From NCBI RefSeq assembly GCF_000195955.2, contig NC_000962.3, positions 990,001-1,022,000 on the forward strand: 32,000 bases of DNA, given 5' to 3'. The translations under genes and the position numbers were made by a program. Position 1 is the stretch's first letter. Each line of letters begins with the position of its first letter. The notes below the pieces were generated by a model, which worked only from the letters and a program-made list of their open reading frames with translations, did not search any database and had not been told where the DNA came from. Source of the stretch: Mycobacterium tuberculosis H37Rv. GTDB lineage: Bacteria; Actinomycetota; Actinomycetes; Mycobacteriales; Mycobacteriaceae. Positions 7,782 to 16,692 of this stretch are shown piece after piece.

Positions 7782-9299
7782 GTGCGCCAACAACAGGAGG
7801 CTGACGTCGTTGCCCTGGGTCGAAAGCCAGGGCTGCTATGTGTGCCGGAAAGGTTCCGTGCAATGGATCTTCCGATGGCAGCCGCCGATGCCTTATTCCT
7901 ATGGGCCGAGACGCCGACGCGGCCGCTGCATGTCGGCGCGTTGGCCGTGCTGAGTCAGCCCGACAACGGGACCGGGCGTTACCTGCGCAAGGTGTTCTCC
8001 GCCGCGGTGGCCCGTCAGCAGGTGGCGCCGTGGTGGCGCCGACGCCCGCACCGGTCGCTCACCTCGCTCGGGCAGTGGTCTTGGCGCACCGAGACCGAGG
8101 TGGACCTGGATTACCACGTGCGGCTTAGCGCATTGCCGCCACGGGCCGGTACCGCCGAGCTGTGGGCGTTGGTTTCTGAACTACACGCCGGCATGCTGGA
8201 CCGCTCCCGCCCGCTATGGCAGGTGGACCTGATCGAGGGTCTACCTGGCGGGCGGTGCGCGGTCTACGTCAAGGTCCACCATGCGCTGGCGGACGGAGTC
8301 TCGGTGATGCGGCTTTTACAACGGATCGTCACCGCGGACCCGCATCAGCGTCAGATGCCCACCTTGTGGGAGGTGCCAGCGCAGGCGTCGGTGGCCAAAC
8401 ACACGGCACCGCGCGGTTCGTCGAGACCACTGACGTTGGCCAAGGGGGTGCTGGGTCAAGCCAGGGGCGTCCCGGGCATGGTGCGCGTAGTGGCCGATAC
8501 CACGTGGCGGGCAGCGCAATGTCGCAGCGGGCCGCTGACACTGGCCGCACCACACACCCCGCTGAACGAGCCGATCGCCGGGGCCCGGTCCGTGGCAGGT
8601 TGTTCCTTTCCGATCGAGCGGCTGCGACAGGTCGCCGAACACGCCGATGCCACCATCAACGATGTCGTGCTGGCCATGTGCGGCGGGGCGTTACGTGCGT
8701 ACCTGATCAGCCGGGGAGCGTTACCGGGTGCGCCGCTGATAGCGATGGTGCCGGTTTCGCTGCGCGATACCGCAGTTATCGACGTGTTCGGCCAGGGTCC
8801 AGGCAACAAGATCGGTACGTTGATGTGTTCGCTGGCGACGCACCTGGCCAGTCCGGTCGAACGGCTGTCGGCGATACGGGCAAGTATGCGCGACGGCAAA
8901 GCCGCGATCGCCGGCCGAAGCCGAAACCAGGCGCTGGCTATGAGCGCATTGGGCGCCGCCCCGCTCGCCCTTGCGATGGCCCTGGGGCGCGTGCCCGCGC
9001 CGCTGCGCCCACCAAATGTGACGATCTCCAACGTGCCGGGCCCGCAGGGCGCGCTGTACTGGAACGGCGCTCGCCTGGACGCGCTCTACCTGCTCTCGGC
9101 ACCTGTCGATGGCGCGGCGTTGAACATCACCTGTAGCGGCACCAATGAGCAGATCACTTTCGGTTTGACGGGCTGCCGTCGTGCCGTCCCCGCGCTGAGC
9201 ATCCTGACCGACCAGCTCGCCCACGAACTCGAGCTACTCGTTGGCGTCAGTGAAGCCGGCCCAGGGACCAGACTTCGAAGGATCGCAGGGCGCCGTTAA
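7782..9299 (+). CDS. Rv0895: WS/DGAT-family acyltransferase (putative triacylglycerol synthase, Rv0895). The start is uncertain: TTG 7737, GTG 7782 or ATG 7863.
   Basis: The track ORF is 7737-9299. The WS/DGAT active-site motif HHxxxDG is present (VKVHHALADGVS). The family-typical N-terminus MDLPMAAADALFLWAE starts at ATG 7863 with GGAAAGG 9 nt upstream. GTG 7782 gives the 505-aa product I recall from the annotation. Confidence 0.85.
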   Translation: MRQQQEADVVALGRKPGLLCVPERFRAMDLPMAAADALFLWAETPTRPLHVGALAVLSQPDNGTGRYLRKVFSAAVARQQVAPWWRRRPHRSLTSLGQWSWRTETEVDLDYHVRLSALPPRAGTAELWALVSELHAGMLDRSRPLWQVDLIEGLPGGRCAVYVKVHHALADGVSVMRLLQRIVTADPHQRQMPTLWEVPAQASVAKHTAPRGSSRPLTLAKGVLGQARGVPGMVRVVADTTWRAAQCRSGPLTLAAPHTPLNEPIAGARSVAGCSFPIERLRQVAEHADATINDVVLAMCGGALRAYLISRGALPGAPLIAMVPVSLRDTAVIDVFGQGPGNKIGTLMCSLATHLASPVERLSAIRASMRDGKAAIAGRSRNQALAMSALGAAPLALAMALGRVPAPLRPPNVTISNVPGPQGALYWNGARLDALYLLSAPVDGAALNITCSGTNEQITFGLTGCRRAVPALSILTDQLAHELELLVGVSEAGPGTRLRRIAGRR

Positions 9300-9471
9300 A
9301 CGGACGCCGCGAGTCATCACCCGGCCGAGCGCGCAGCGGCTTACCTTACGCGCGGCCGCCCATGGTGCCAGAGACCCCACCCCGGGCAGGCGGGTCATCC
9401 CGATAGCGACTACCTTCAGCTATAAGCACTTAGTGGGGCAGCCATATCAGCCAAAGCGCGAAGGGGTTCTC

Positions 9472-10767
<1,296 letters not shown>

Positions 10768-10770
10768 GCC

Positions 10771-10832
10771 GGCGAGCAGACGCAAAAGCCCCCTAAACCG
10801 GCAGGTATTAGGGGCTTTTGCGTCTGCTCGCC
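10771..10832. terminator. Perfect 22-bp stem / 18-nt loop GC-rich palindromic hairpin between convergent gltA2 and Rv0897c. It has no U-tract and resembles the mycobacterial TRIT-type repeat.
   Basis: GGCGAGCAGACGCAAAAGCCCC (10771-10792) is the exact reverse complement of GGGGCTTTTGCGTCTGCTCGCC (10811-10832). It starts 3 nt after the gltA2 stop. The right arm encodes the last codons (ASRRKSP) of Rv0897c and the loop holds its stop codon. Confidence 0.7.
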
Positions 10833-12415
10833 AGGCAAGCCAGCACTGCCATCGCGGCGTTGTGACCGCCGATGCCCGACACCGCCCCGCCGCGACGGGC
10901 ACCCGAGCCGCACAGCATGATCCGCTCGTGGTCGGTGGCTACGCCCCACTGCCGTGCCGGTGTGTCCAGCGGATCGTCGTTGTCAGCGAACGGCCAGGAC
11001 AACGCACCGTGGAAGATGTTGCCGCCGGTCATCCCAAGCGTCCGCTGCAGGTCCAGGGTGGTCGTCGTCTCGATGCATGGCTTGCTCTGCGCATCGGTCC
11101 AAAGCACGTCCTGAATCGGTTCGGCCAGAACGGAATTCAGCGACGCTAGGACGGCTGCCGTCAGCCGTTCGGCTAAGCCTTCGGTGTCGCCGAACACCGA
11201 GTGCGGTGTGTGCAAGCCGAACACCGTCAGCGTCTGAGCGCCGGCATCGCGCAACCGGGCGGACAGGATGCTCGGGTCGGTCAGCGAATGGCAGTAGGCT
11301 TCGCAGGGTAGGGGATCCGGCAACCGCCCGCTGGCTGCTTGCGAGTACGCGGCATCCAATTGGCTCCATGTCTCGTTGACGTGGAACGTCCCGGCAAATG
11401 CTTGCTGCGGTGTGACACTGTCGTCGCGCAACCGGGGGAGTCGGCGCACCACCATGTTGACCTTGACCTGTGCGCCCGGGGCCAGTGCCGCAACCGGTTC
11501 ACCGAGCAGGCTGGCCAGCACCGCCGGTGTGACCCCGACCAGAACGAACCGGCCCCGGACCAAATGCTCGGCACCGTCGCTACCGTCGCTGTGGTAGCGC
11601 ACCGTACCGTCTGGATCAAGGGCGAAAACGTCTGCACCGGTGACTATTTCGGCGCCGTGGCGGGCAGCTGCCGTGGCCAGGGCCGAGGTCACCGACCCCA
11701 TGCCGCCGATTGGGACGTGCCAGACTCCGGTGCCCCCACCGACCAGGTGATACAGGAAGCAGATGTTCTGCATCAGCGACGGTTCGTGCATGCGGGCGAA
11801 GGTGCCGATCAGCGCGTCGGTGGCGATCACCCCGCGTAGCAGGTCATTGGCCACCGCGCCGGCGATGGCATGCCCGATCGGCTCGTCGACCATGGCTTGC
11901 CAGGCAGCGGCCGCCTCGTGGCCGCCGTATTCCACAATGTCGCGGCGGGCCTGCTCGCGGGTGCGCAGCGGCTCGATCAGGGTGGGCCACAGCCGTGCGG
12001 TCACCAGCCGGCAGCGCCGGTAGAACGCGGCGAAGCCGTGCGCATCCGGCGCGGCGCCGATCGCCGCGAGGTGCGCTGCGCGTGGTTCGCCGGTGGGCCC
12101 GATGAGCAGGCCAGAGCGCCCGGCCGTGGCTGGGGCAGGGGTGTATGAGGAAAATGGCCGCCGCGCCAACCGCACCGGAGCGCCGAGGTCGGCGACGATG
12201 CGCGACGGCAGCAAGCTGACCAGGTACGAGTAGCGTGACAGCGCGACCTCGACACCGTCGAAGGCCTGTATCGACACCGCGGCCCCCCCAGTCTGTGCCA
12301 GCCGCTCGAGCAGTCGCACTCGAAGCCCGGCCCGGGCCAGGTAGGCGGCCGCGACCAAGCCGTTGTGACCGCCGCCAACCACGACAACGTCGAAGTCCCT
12401 GTCGTGATCGCTCAT
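10808..12415 (-). CDS. Rv0897c: FAD-dependent oxidoreductase, phytoene-desaturase (CrtI)-like (Rv0897c)
   Basis: Track ORF 10808-12838. The internal ATG at 12415-12413 gives 535 aa starting [38 protein letters not shown] (Rossmann GxGxxG at the N-terminus). The upstream extension overlaps Rv0898c in another frame and is rejected. Confidence 0.88.
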   Translation of the reverse strand: MSDHDRDFDVVVVGGGHNGLVAAAYLARAGLRVRLLERLAQTGGAAVSIQAFDGVEVALSRYSYLVSLLPSRIVADLGAPVRLARRPFSSYTPAPATAGRSGLLIGPTGEPRAAHLAAIGAAPDAHGFAAFYRRCRLVTARLWPTLIEPLRTREQARRDIVEYGGHEAAAAWQAMVDEPIGHAIAGAVANDLLRGVIATDALIGTFARMHEPSLMQNICFLYHLVGGGTGVWHVPIGGMGSVTSALATAAARHGAEIVTGADVFALDPDGTVRYHSDGSDGAEHLVRGRFVLVGVTPAVLASLLGEPVAALAPGAQVKVNMVVRRLPRLRDDSVTPQQAFAGTFHVNETWSQLDAAYSQAASGRLPDPLPCEAYCHSLTDPSILSARLRDAGAQTLTVFGLHTPHSVFGDTEGLAERLTAAVLASLNSVLAEPIQDVLWTDAQSKPCIETTTTLDLQRTLGMTGGNIFHGALSWPFADNDDPLDTPARQWGVATDHERIMLCGSGARRGGAVSGIGGHNAAMAVLACLASRRKSP

Positions 12416-12440
12416 AGTGACGGCGGCTATCGAGACGGAT

Positions 12441-12704
12441 CTAGCCGGTGTACCCCTCGACTTGGTCGGCGGGACGCACGACTGCTTCGCGCGGGTCACC
12501 ACCGGTTTGGCGCAATGCCCGTCGCTGTCGGAGCAGGTCCCAGCACTGGTCGAGTTCGATCTCGATGCGGCGCAGTTGCTGCTGCTCCTCGGACTCGCTG
12601 ATGCCACCGTGCCGCAGCTGCGCTCGCAACGCCTTCTCCTCGGCCACCAGGTCACGGATGTGTGCCAGGGTCTCGCTGTCTGTCGGTTTGCGTCCCTTGC
12701 CCAT
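12441..12704 (-). CDS. Rv0898c: Small conserved hypothetical protein (DUF2630-like, Rv0898c), probably co-transcribed with Rv0897c
   Basis: Track ORF of 87 aa with a charged, coiled-coil-like composition (EEKALRAQLRHGGISESEEQQQLRRIEIELDQCWDLLRQRRA). Its stop lies 25 nt upstream of the Rv0897c ATG. Identity is recalled from the H37Rv gene order. Confidence 0.75.
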   Translation of the reverse strand: MGKGRKPTDSETLAHIRDLVAEEKALRAQLRHGGISESEEQQQLRRIEIELDQCWDLLRQRRALRQTGGDPREAVVRPADQVEGYTG

Positions 12705-12811
12705 GGCTCCAGTGTGCCCGATTTGACGCGGTGTCCCGGCACCGACTCGGTAGGCTGCATATCGCCTGCAGCACGGACGAGACGCGTTCGACGACCTGAG
12801 GGAGTGGCGTA

Positions 12812-13792
12812 GTGGCTTCTAAGGCGGGTTTGGGCCAAACACCCGCGACCACCGACGCGCGACGAACTCAGAAATTCTACCGGGGCTCGCCGGGCCGTCC
12901 GTGGCTGATTGGCGCGGTGGTTATTCCGTTGCTGATAGCGGCAATCGGTTACGGTGCATTCGAGCGGCCCCAGTCCGTTACCGGACCGACCGGTGTGTTG
13001 CCGACACTGACACCGACCAGCACCCGGGGCGCTTCTGCGTTGTCCTTGTCTTTGCTGTCAATTAGCCGCAGCGGCAACACCGTTACTCTGATCGGTGACT
13101 TCCCCGATGAGGCCGCCAAGGCGGCCTTGATGACGGCGCTCAACGGCTTGCTTGCTCCGGGCGTGAACGTCATCGACCAGATTCACGTCGATCCCGTTGT
13201 GCGATCACTTGATTTCTCAAGTGCGGAACCAGTTTTCACCGCCAGCGTGCCGATTCCTGATTTTGGCCTCAAAGTCGAAAGGGACACCGTCACCTTGACC
13301 GGAACTGCCCCTTCATCCGAGCACAAGGACGCAGTGAAGCGCGCGGCGACCAGCACCTGGCCTGACATGAAAATCGTTAACAATATTGAGGTTACGGGGC
13401 AGGCACCGCCAGGACCCCCGGCCTCCGGCCCATGTGCCGACCTGCAATCAGCCATCAATGCCGTGACGGGTGGACCCATCGCGTTTGGCAACGACGGGGC
13501 TAGTCTGATCCCAGCCGACTATGAAATCCTGAACCGGGTAGCCGACAAGCTCAAGGCATGTCCGGACGCTCGGGTGACGATCAACGGCTACACCGACAAC
13601 ACCGGCAGCGAAGGTATCAATATCCCGTTGAGCGCTCAGCGAGCCAAGATAGTCGCCGACTACCTGGTTGCCCGCGGAGTTGCCGGCGATCACATTGCCA
13701 CCGTGGGTCTCGGTTCGGTGAATCCGATCGCCAGCAACGCCACACCCGAGGGGCGCGCCAAGAATCGTCGCGTCGAGATCGTGGTCAACTAA
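12812..13792 (+). CDS. arfA: OmpATb / ArfA: membrane-anchored protein with a BON-like central domain and a C-terminal OmpA-like peptidoglycan-binding domain
   Basis: Track ORF of 326 aa. It has an N-terminal TM helix ([20 protein letters not shown]) and a C-terminal OmpA_C motif ([30 protein letters not shown]...NRRVEIVV). Confidence 0.95.
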
Positions 13793-13804
13793 GGAGAACC
13801 CAGC

Positions 13805-13957
13805 ATGGATTTTGTGATCCAGTGGTCGTGCTACCTGCTGGCGTTCCTGGGGGGCTCGGCTGTTGCCTGGGTAGTCGTCACTCTGTCGATCAAGCGCGCC
13901 AGCCGTGATGAGGGTGCTGCGGAGGCGCCCAGTGCAGCCGAGACAGGCGCACAGTGA
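13805..13957 (+). CDS. arfB: 50-aa single-pass membrane protein ArfB (Rv0900)
   Basis: Not in the ORF track (short). Hand translation from ATG 13805 gives MDFVIQWSCYLLAFLGGSAVAWVVVTLSIKRASRDEGAAEAPSAAETGAQ*. It starts 12 nt after the arfA stop with GGAGAA upstream. Its TGA (13955-13957) shares one base with the arfC ATG. Confidence 0.8.
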   Translation: MDFVIQWSCYLLAFLGGSAVAWVVVTLSIKRASRDEGAAEAPSAAETGAQ

Positions 13958-14484
13958 TGGAACACGTGCACTGGTGGCTGGCGGGCCTGGCGTTCACGCT
14001 CGGGATGGTGCTGACGTCGACGCTGATGGTCCGGCCCGTCGAACATCAAGTGCTGGTAAAGAAATCGGTCCGCGGGTCAAGCGCTAAGTCCAAGCCGCCA
14101 ACGGCGAGAAAACCCGCCGTCAAGTCGGGCACCAAGAGAGAGGAGTCGCCGACGGCGAAGACCAAGGTGGCAACGGAGTCTGCTGCGGAGCAGATCCCGG
14201 TTGCCGGGGAGCCCGCGGCGGAGCCGATCCCGGTCGCCGGCGAGCCGGCGGCGCGTATTCCGGTGGTTCCGTACGCGCCGTACGGCCCGGGCTCGGCGCG
14301 CGCTGGTGCCGATGGCAGCGGACCGCAGGGGTGGCTGGTGAAGGGCCGCTCGGACACCAGGCTCTACTACACTCCCGAAGATCCGACGTACGACCCTACT
14401 GTCGCCCAGGTTTGGTTCCAGGACGAGGAGTCGGCAGCGCGGGCGTTTTTCACGCCGTGGCGCAAGAGCACACGGCGGACATGA
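13957..14484 (+). CDS. arfC: Membrane-anchored protein ArfC (Rv0901) with a Pro/Ala-rich repeat linker
   Basis: Track ORF 13954-14484. ATG 13957 gives 175 aa. It has an N-terminal TM helix (WWLAGLAFTLGMVLTSTLMV) and an in-frame 33-nt tandem repeat (EQIPVAGEPAA / EPIPVAGEPAA). It is the third gene of the arfABC operon. Confidence 0.88.
   Translation: MEHVHWWLAGLAFTLGMVLTSTLMVRPVEHQVLVKKSVRGSSAKSKPPTARKPAVKSGTKREESPTAKTKVATESAAEQIPVAGEPAAEPIPVAGEPAARIPVVPYAPYGPGSARAGADGSGPQGWLVKGRSDTRLYYTPEDPTYDPTVAQVWFQDEESAARAFFTPWRKSTRRT
14188..14253 (+). repeat. Two tandem copies of an in-frame 33-nt repeat inside arfC, with a partial third copy following
   Basis: Copy 1 (14188-14220) is gagcagatcccggttgccggggagcccgcggcg and copy 2 (14221-14253) is gagccgatcccggtcgccggcgagccggcggcg. 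They match at 29 of 33 positions and encode EQIPVAGEPAA / EPIPVAGEPAA, then RIPVVP. Confidence 0.85.
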
Positions 14485-14500
14485 GGTCAGGGCCGCAGGG

Positions 14501-15841
14501 CTAACTGGGCCCGGGAAGGCGCAACACGAGGCGCGCGCCACCCAGCGGGCTGTTCTCCAGCGACGCGGTGCCGCCGTGCAACTGGGCCTGTTGGGCCACC
14601 AACGCCAGCCCGAGACCCGACCCCGAATGAGATGCCGTGGACCCGCGGGAGAACCGCTCGAACACCACTTGGCGCTCACCTTCGGGCACTCCGCTGCCGT
14701 TGTCGTCGATGGCGATCTCCACGCCGGCCCGCGAGCTGACCGCGGAGAGTTGAACCAGGGTGGCGCCGCCGTGCTTGACCGCGTTGGCGATGGCGTTGTC
14801 GACGGCCAGGCGCAACCCGGCCGGCAAACCCACGATGATGCAGGTCGGCGACGGCACCAGCGATACATCGAGATCGGGGTAGATCCGGGCCGCGTCGTGG
14901 GCGGCGCGGTCGAGCAGGTCGGTGATATCGACCGGCACGTGATCGTCCGAGGTCGACAGTTCGCCCTGGGCCAACCGCTCCAGCGCGCTCAGGGTGGCCT
15001 CAATGCGCGACTGGGTGCGGATGACGTCGTTGAGCACTTCTTTGCGCTGGTCGTCGGGCAGATCCAGGGTGGACAGCACCTCCAGGTTGGTGCGCATCGC
15101 GGTCAGCGGAGTGCGCAGCTCGTGGGAGGACACCGCCGCGAAGTCACGCGCCGACGCAAGCGCCTCCTTGGTTCGGTTCTGCTCGTTCCAGATGCGCTGC
15201 AGCATGCCGCGCATCGCCTCGGCGATCTCGATGGCTTCGCTGGCGCCGTGTACTTCCACGCGTGGCGCCTCGTCGCCCGCGTCGATGGACCGGGTCTGCT
15301 CGGCGAGCTGCTTGAACGGGCGTACCGCGAACGCGGCCAACAGCCAGGCGAACACCGCCGCCGCGCCGATGGCGAAGGTACAGATCAGCAGCACCCGGCG
15401 GTGCAGGTTGTTGGTCTCGGCTACGGTGGCGTCATACGTCGCGCCCACCGCCACCGACGTCGGCTCGGGCCCGGGGATCTCCACCGTGCGCACGCGGTAG
15501 CGCACCCCGCGGACGTAGGTGTCGGCGTAGTCGTCTTGCAGTTTGGGCAGCGTGATGTCGGAATTCGACTTGATCACGTTGCCACGGCGGACCGTGATGA
15601 GGGCGTCCTGGTCGTTCGGTGAGCGCGGGATCTCGTCGAGGCCACGCGGCACGAACGGGATCGCGAAACCCGCGGCCTCGTCGAGCCGGCGGTCCAGCCG
15701 CTCCTTGCGGTCGTTGGTGATCCCGACCCAGACGACGGTGCCGACAATGAGTACCGGGATCGCGGCGCCGATCGCCGTCGCGACCACCACCCGGGTTCGC
15801 AGCGAGGGCGTACGGGCGAAGATCCGCGACAGAATATTCAT
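14501..15841 (-). CDS. prrB: Sensor histidine kinase PrrB
   Basis: Track ORF 14501-15910. The internal ATG 15841-15839 gives 446 aa (MNILSRIFARTPSL...). It has two TM segments, a HAMP region, the H-box SSHELRTPLTAM, the N-box DNAIANAVKHG and G-boxes DDNGSGVP / GSGLGLALV. Confidence 0.95.
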   Translation of the reverse strand: MNILSRIFARTPSLRTRVVVATAIGAAIPVLIVGTVVWVGITNDRKERLDRRLDEAAGFAIPFVPRGLDEIPRSPNDQDALITVRRGNVIKSNSDITLPKLQDDYADTYVRGVRYRVRTVEIPGPEPTSVAVGATYDATVAETNNLHRRVLLICTFAIGAAAVFAWLLAAFAVRPFKQLAEQTRSIDAGDEAPRVEVHGASEAIEIAEAMRGMLQRIWNEQNRTKEALASARDFAAVSSHELRTPLTAMRTNLEVLSTLDLPDDQRKEVLNDVIRTQSRIEATLSALERLAQGELSTSDDHVPVDITDLLDRAAHDAARIYPDLDVSLVPSPTCIIVGLPAGLRLAVDNAIANAVKHGGATLVQLSAVSSRAGVEIAIDDNGSGVPEGERQVVFERFSRGSTASHSGSGLGLALVAQQAQLHGGTASLENSPLGGARLVLRLPGPS

Positions 15842-15851
15842 GCATGCCCCG

Positions 15852-16562
15852 TCACTGCATACGCAGCACGAATCCGACTCCGCGGACGGTATGCAGCAGC
15901 CTAGGGCCACCGCCGGCCTCCAGTTTGCGCCGCAGGTACCCGATGAAGACGTCCACCACGTTGGTGTCGGCGGCGAAGTCGTAGCCCCACACCAATTCCA
16001 GGAGTTGCGCTCGGGAGAGCACCGCGGTCTTGTGCTCGGCCAGCACCGCGAGCAGGTCGAATTCGCGCTTGGTCAGGTCGACGTCGACGCCGTTGACCCG
16101 GGCCCGCCGGCCGGGGATGTCCACCTCCAGCGGGCCCACCGTGATGGTTTCCGAGGACGACGTTGCAGTGGAGCCGCGGCGGCGCAGCAGCGCCTTCACC
16201 CGTGCCACCAGCTCGGCCAGCACGAACGGTTTCACCAGGTAATCGTCGGCGCCGGCCTCCAATCCGGCCACTCGGTCATCGACAGAGCTGCGTGCGGATA
16301 GCACACAGACCGGGACGTCGTTGTCCATCGCGCGTAGTGCCGTCACGACGCTGACTCCATCGAGCACTGGCATGTTGATGTCGAGCACGATCGCGTCCGG
16401 CCGGTTCTCGGTGGCGCTGCGCAAGGCCTCGGCGCCGTCCACCGCGGTCGCTACCTCGAATCCGGACAGCCGTAAGCCGCGTTCCAGCGAGGCGAGCACA
16501 TCGGAGTCGTCGTCGACGACCAACACCCGAGGTGAGGTCACACCAGTGTCCATGCCGCCCAT
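15852..16562 (-). CDS. prrA: OmpR/PhoB-family response regulator PrrA
   Basis: Track ORF of 236 aa. It has a receiver domain ([11 protein letters not shown] ... [12 protein letters not shown] ... [27 protein letters not shown]) and a winged-helix output domain ([15 protein letters not shown]...VRGVGFVL). Its stop is 10 nt upstream of prrB. Confidence 0.95.
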
Positions 16563-16618
16563 TTTGCCTGATTACCGTCCAGCAGGGTGGGAGGGTGAGC
16601 CGCCGGGTCGCGTGCTGG

Positions 16619-16678
16619 GCGAGCAGACACAGAGTCGCATCAAAACCGCCGATTTTGTGCGACTCTGTGTCTGCTCGC
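16619..16678 (-). terminator. Perfect 21-bp stem hairpin (extendable by 5 more bp) 14 nt downstream of the accD3 stop and upstream of prrA. It has no U-tract and shares the GCGAGCAGAC core with the 10771 hairpin.
   Basis: GCGAGCAGACACAGAGTCGCA (16619-16639) is the exact reverse complement of TGCGACTCTGTGTCTGCTCGC (16658-16678). Inside the loop, CAAAA (16641-16645) pairs with TTTTG (16653-16657), leaving a 7-nt loop CCGCCGA. Confidence 0.7.
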
Positions 16679-16692
16679 GGGGTGCGCGCGGG

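Noticed and set aside
9241-9471. 77-codon N-terminal extension of the gltA2 track ORF
   Set aside because: The extension overlaps the Rv0895 3' end and lacks citrate synthase similarity. GTG 9472 with an upstream GAAGGGG gives the canonical MADTDDTATL N-terminus.
12723-12756. TTGACG (12723-12728) and TAGGCT (12751-12756) as a -35/-10 pair for arfA
   Set aside because: The 22-nt spacer is too long for a sigma-A-type promoter. TAGGCT alone fits the mycobacterial TANNNT -10 pattern, but without TSS data I cannot support a promoter call.
12416-12838. 141-codon extension of the Rv0897c track ORF
   Set aside because: It would run across Rv0898c in another frame and into the arfA promoter region. 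The Rossmann fold sits directly after ATG 12415, as expected for a true N-terminus.
14576-15622. 348-aa plus-strand ORF antisense to prrB
   Set aside because: The composition is Arg/Gly/Ala/Val-rich with no motifs. The opposite strand encodes a complete histidine kinase with H, N and G boxes. This is the typical shadow ORF of a high-GC genome.
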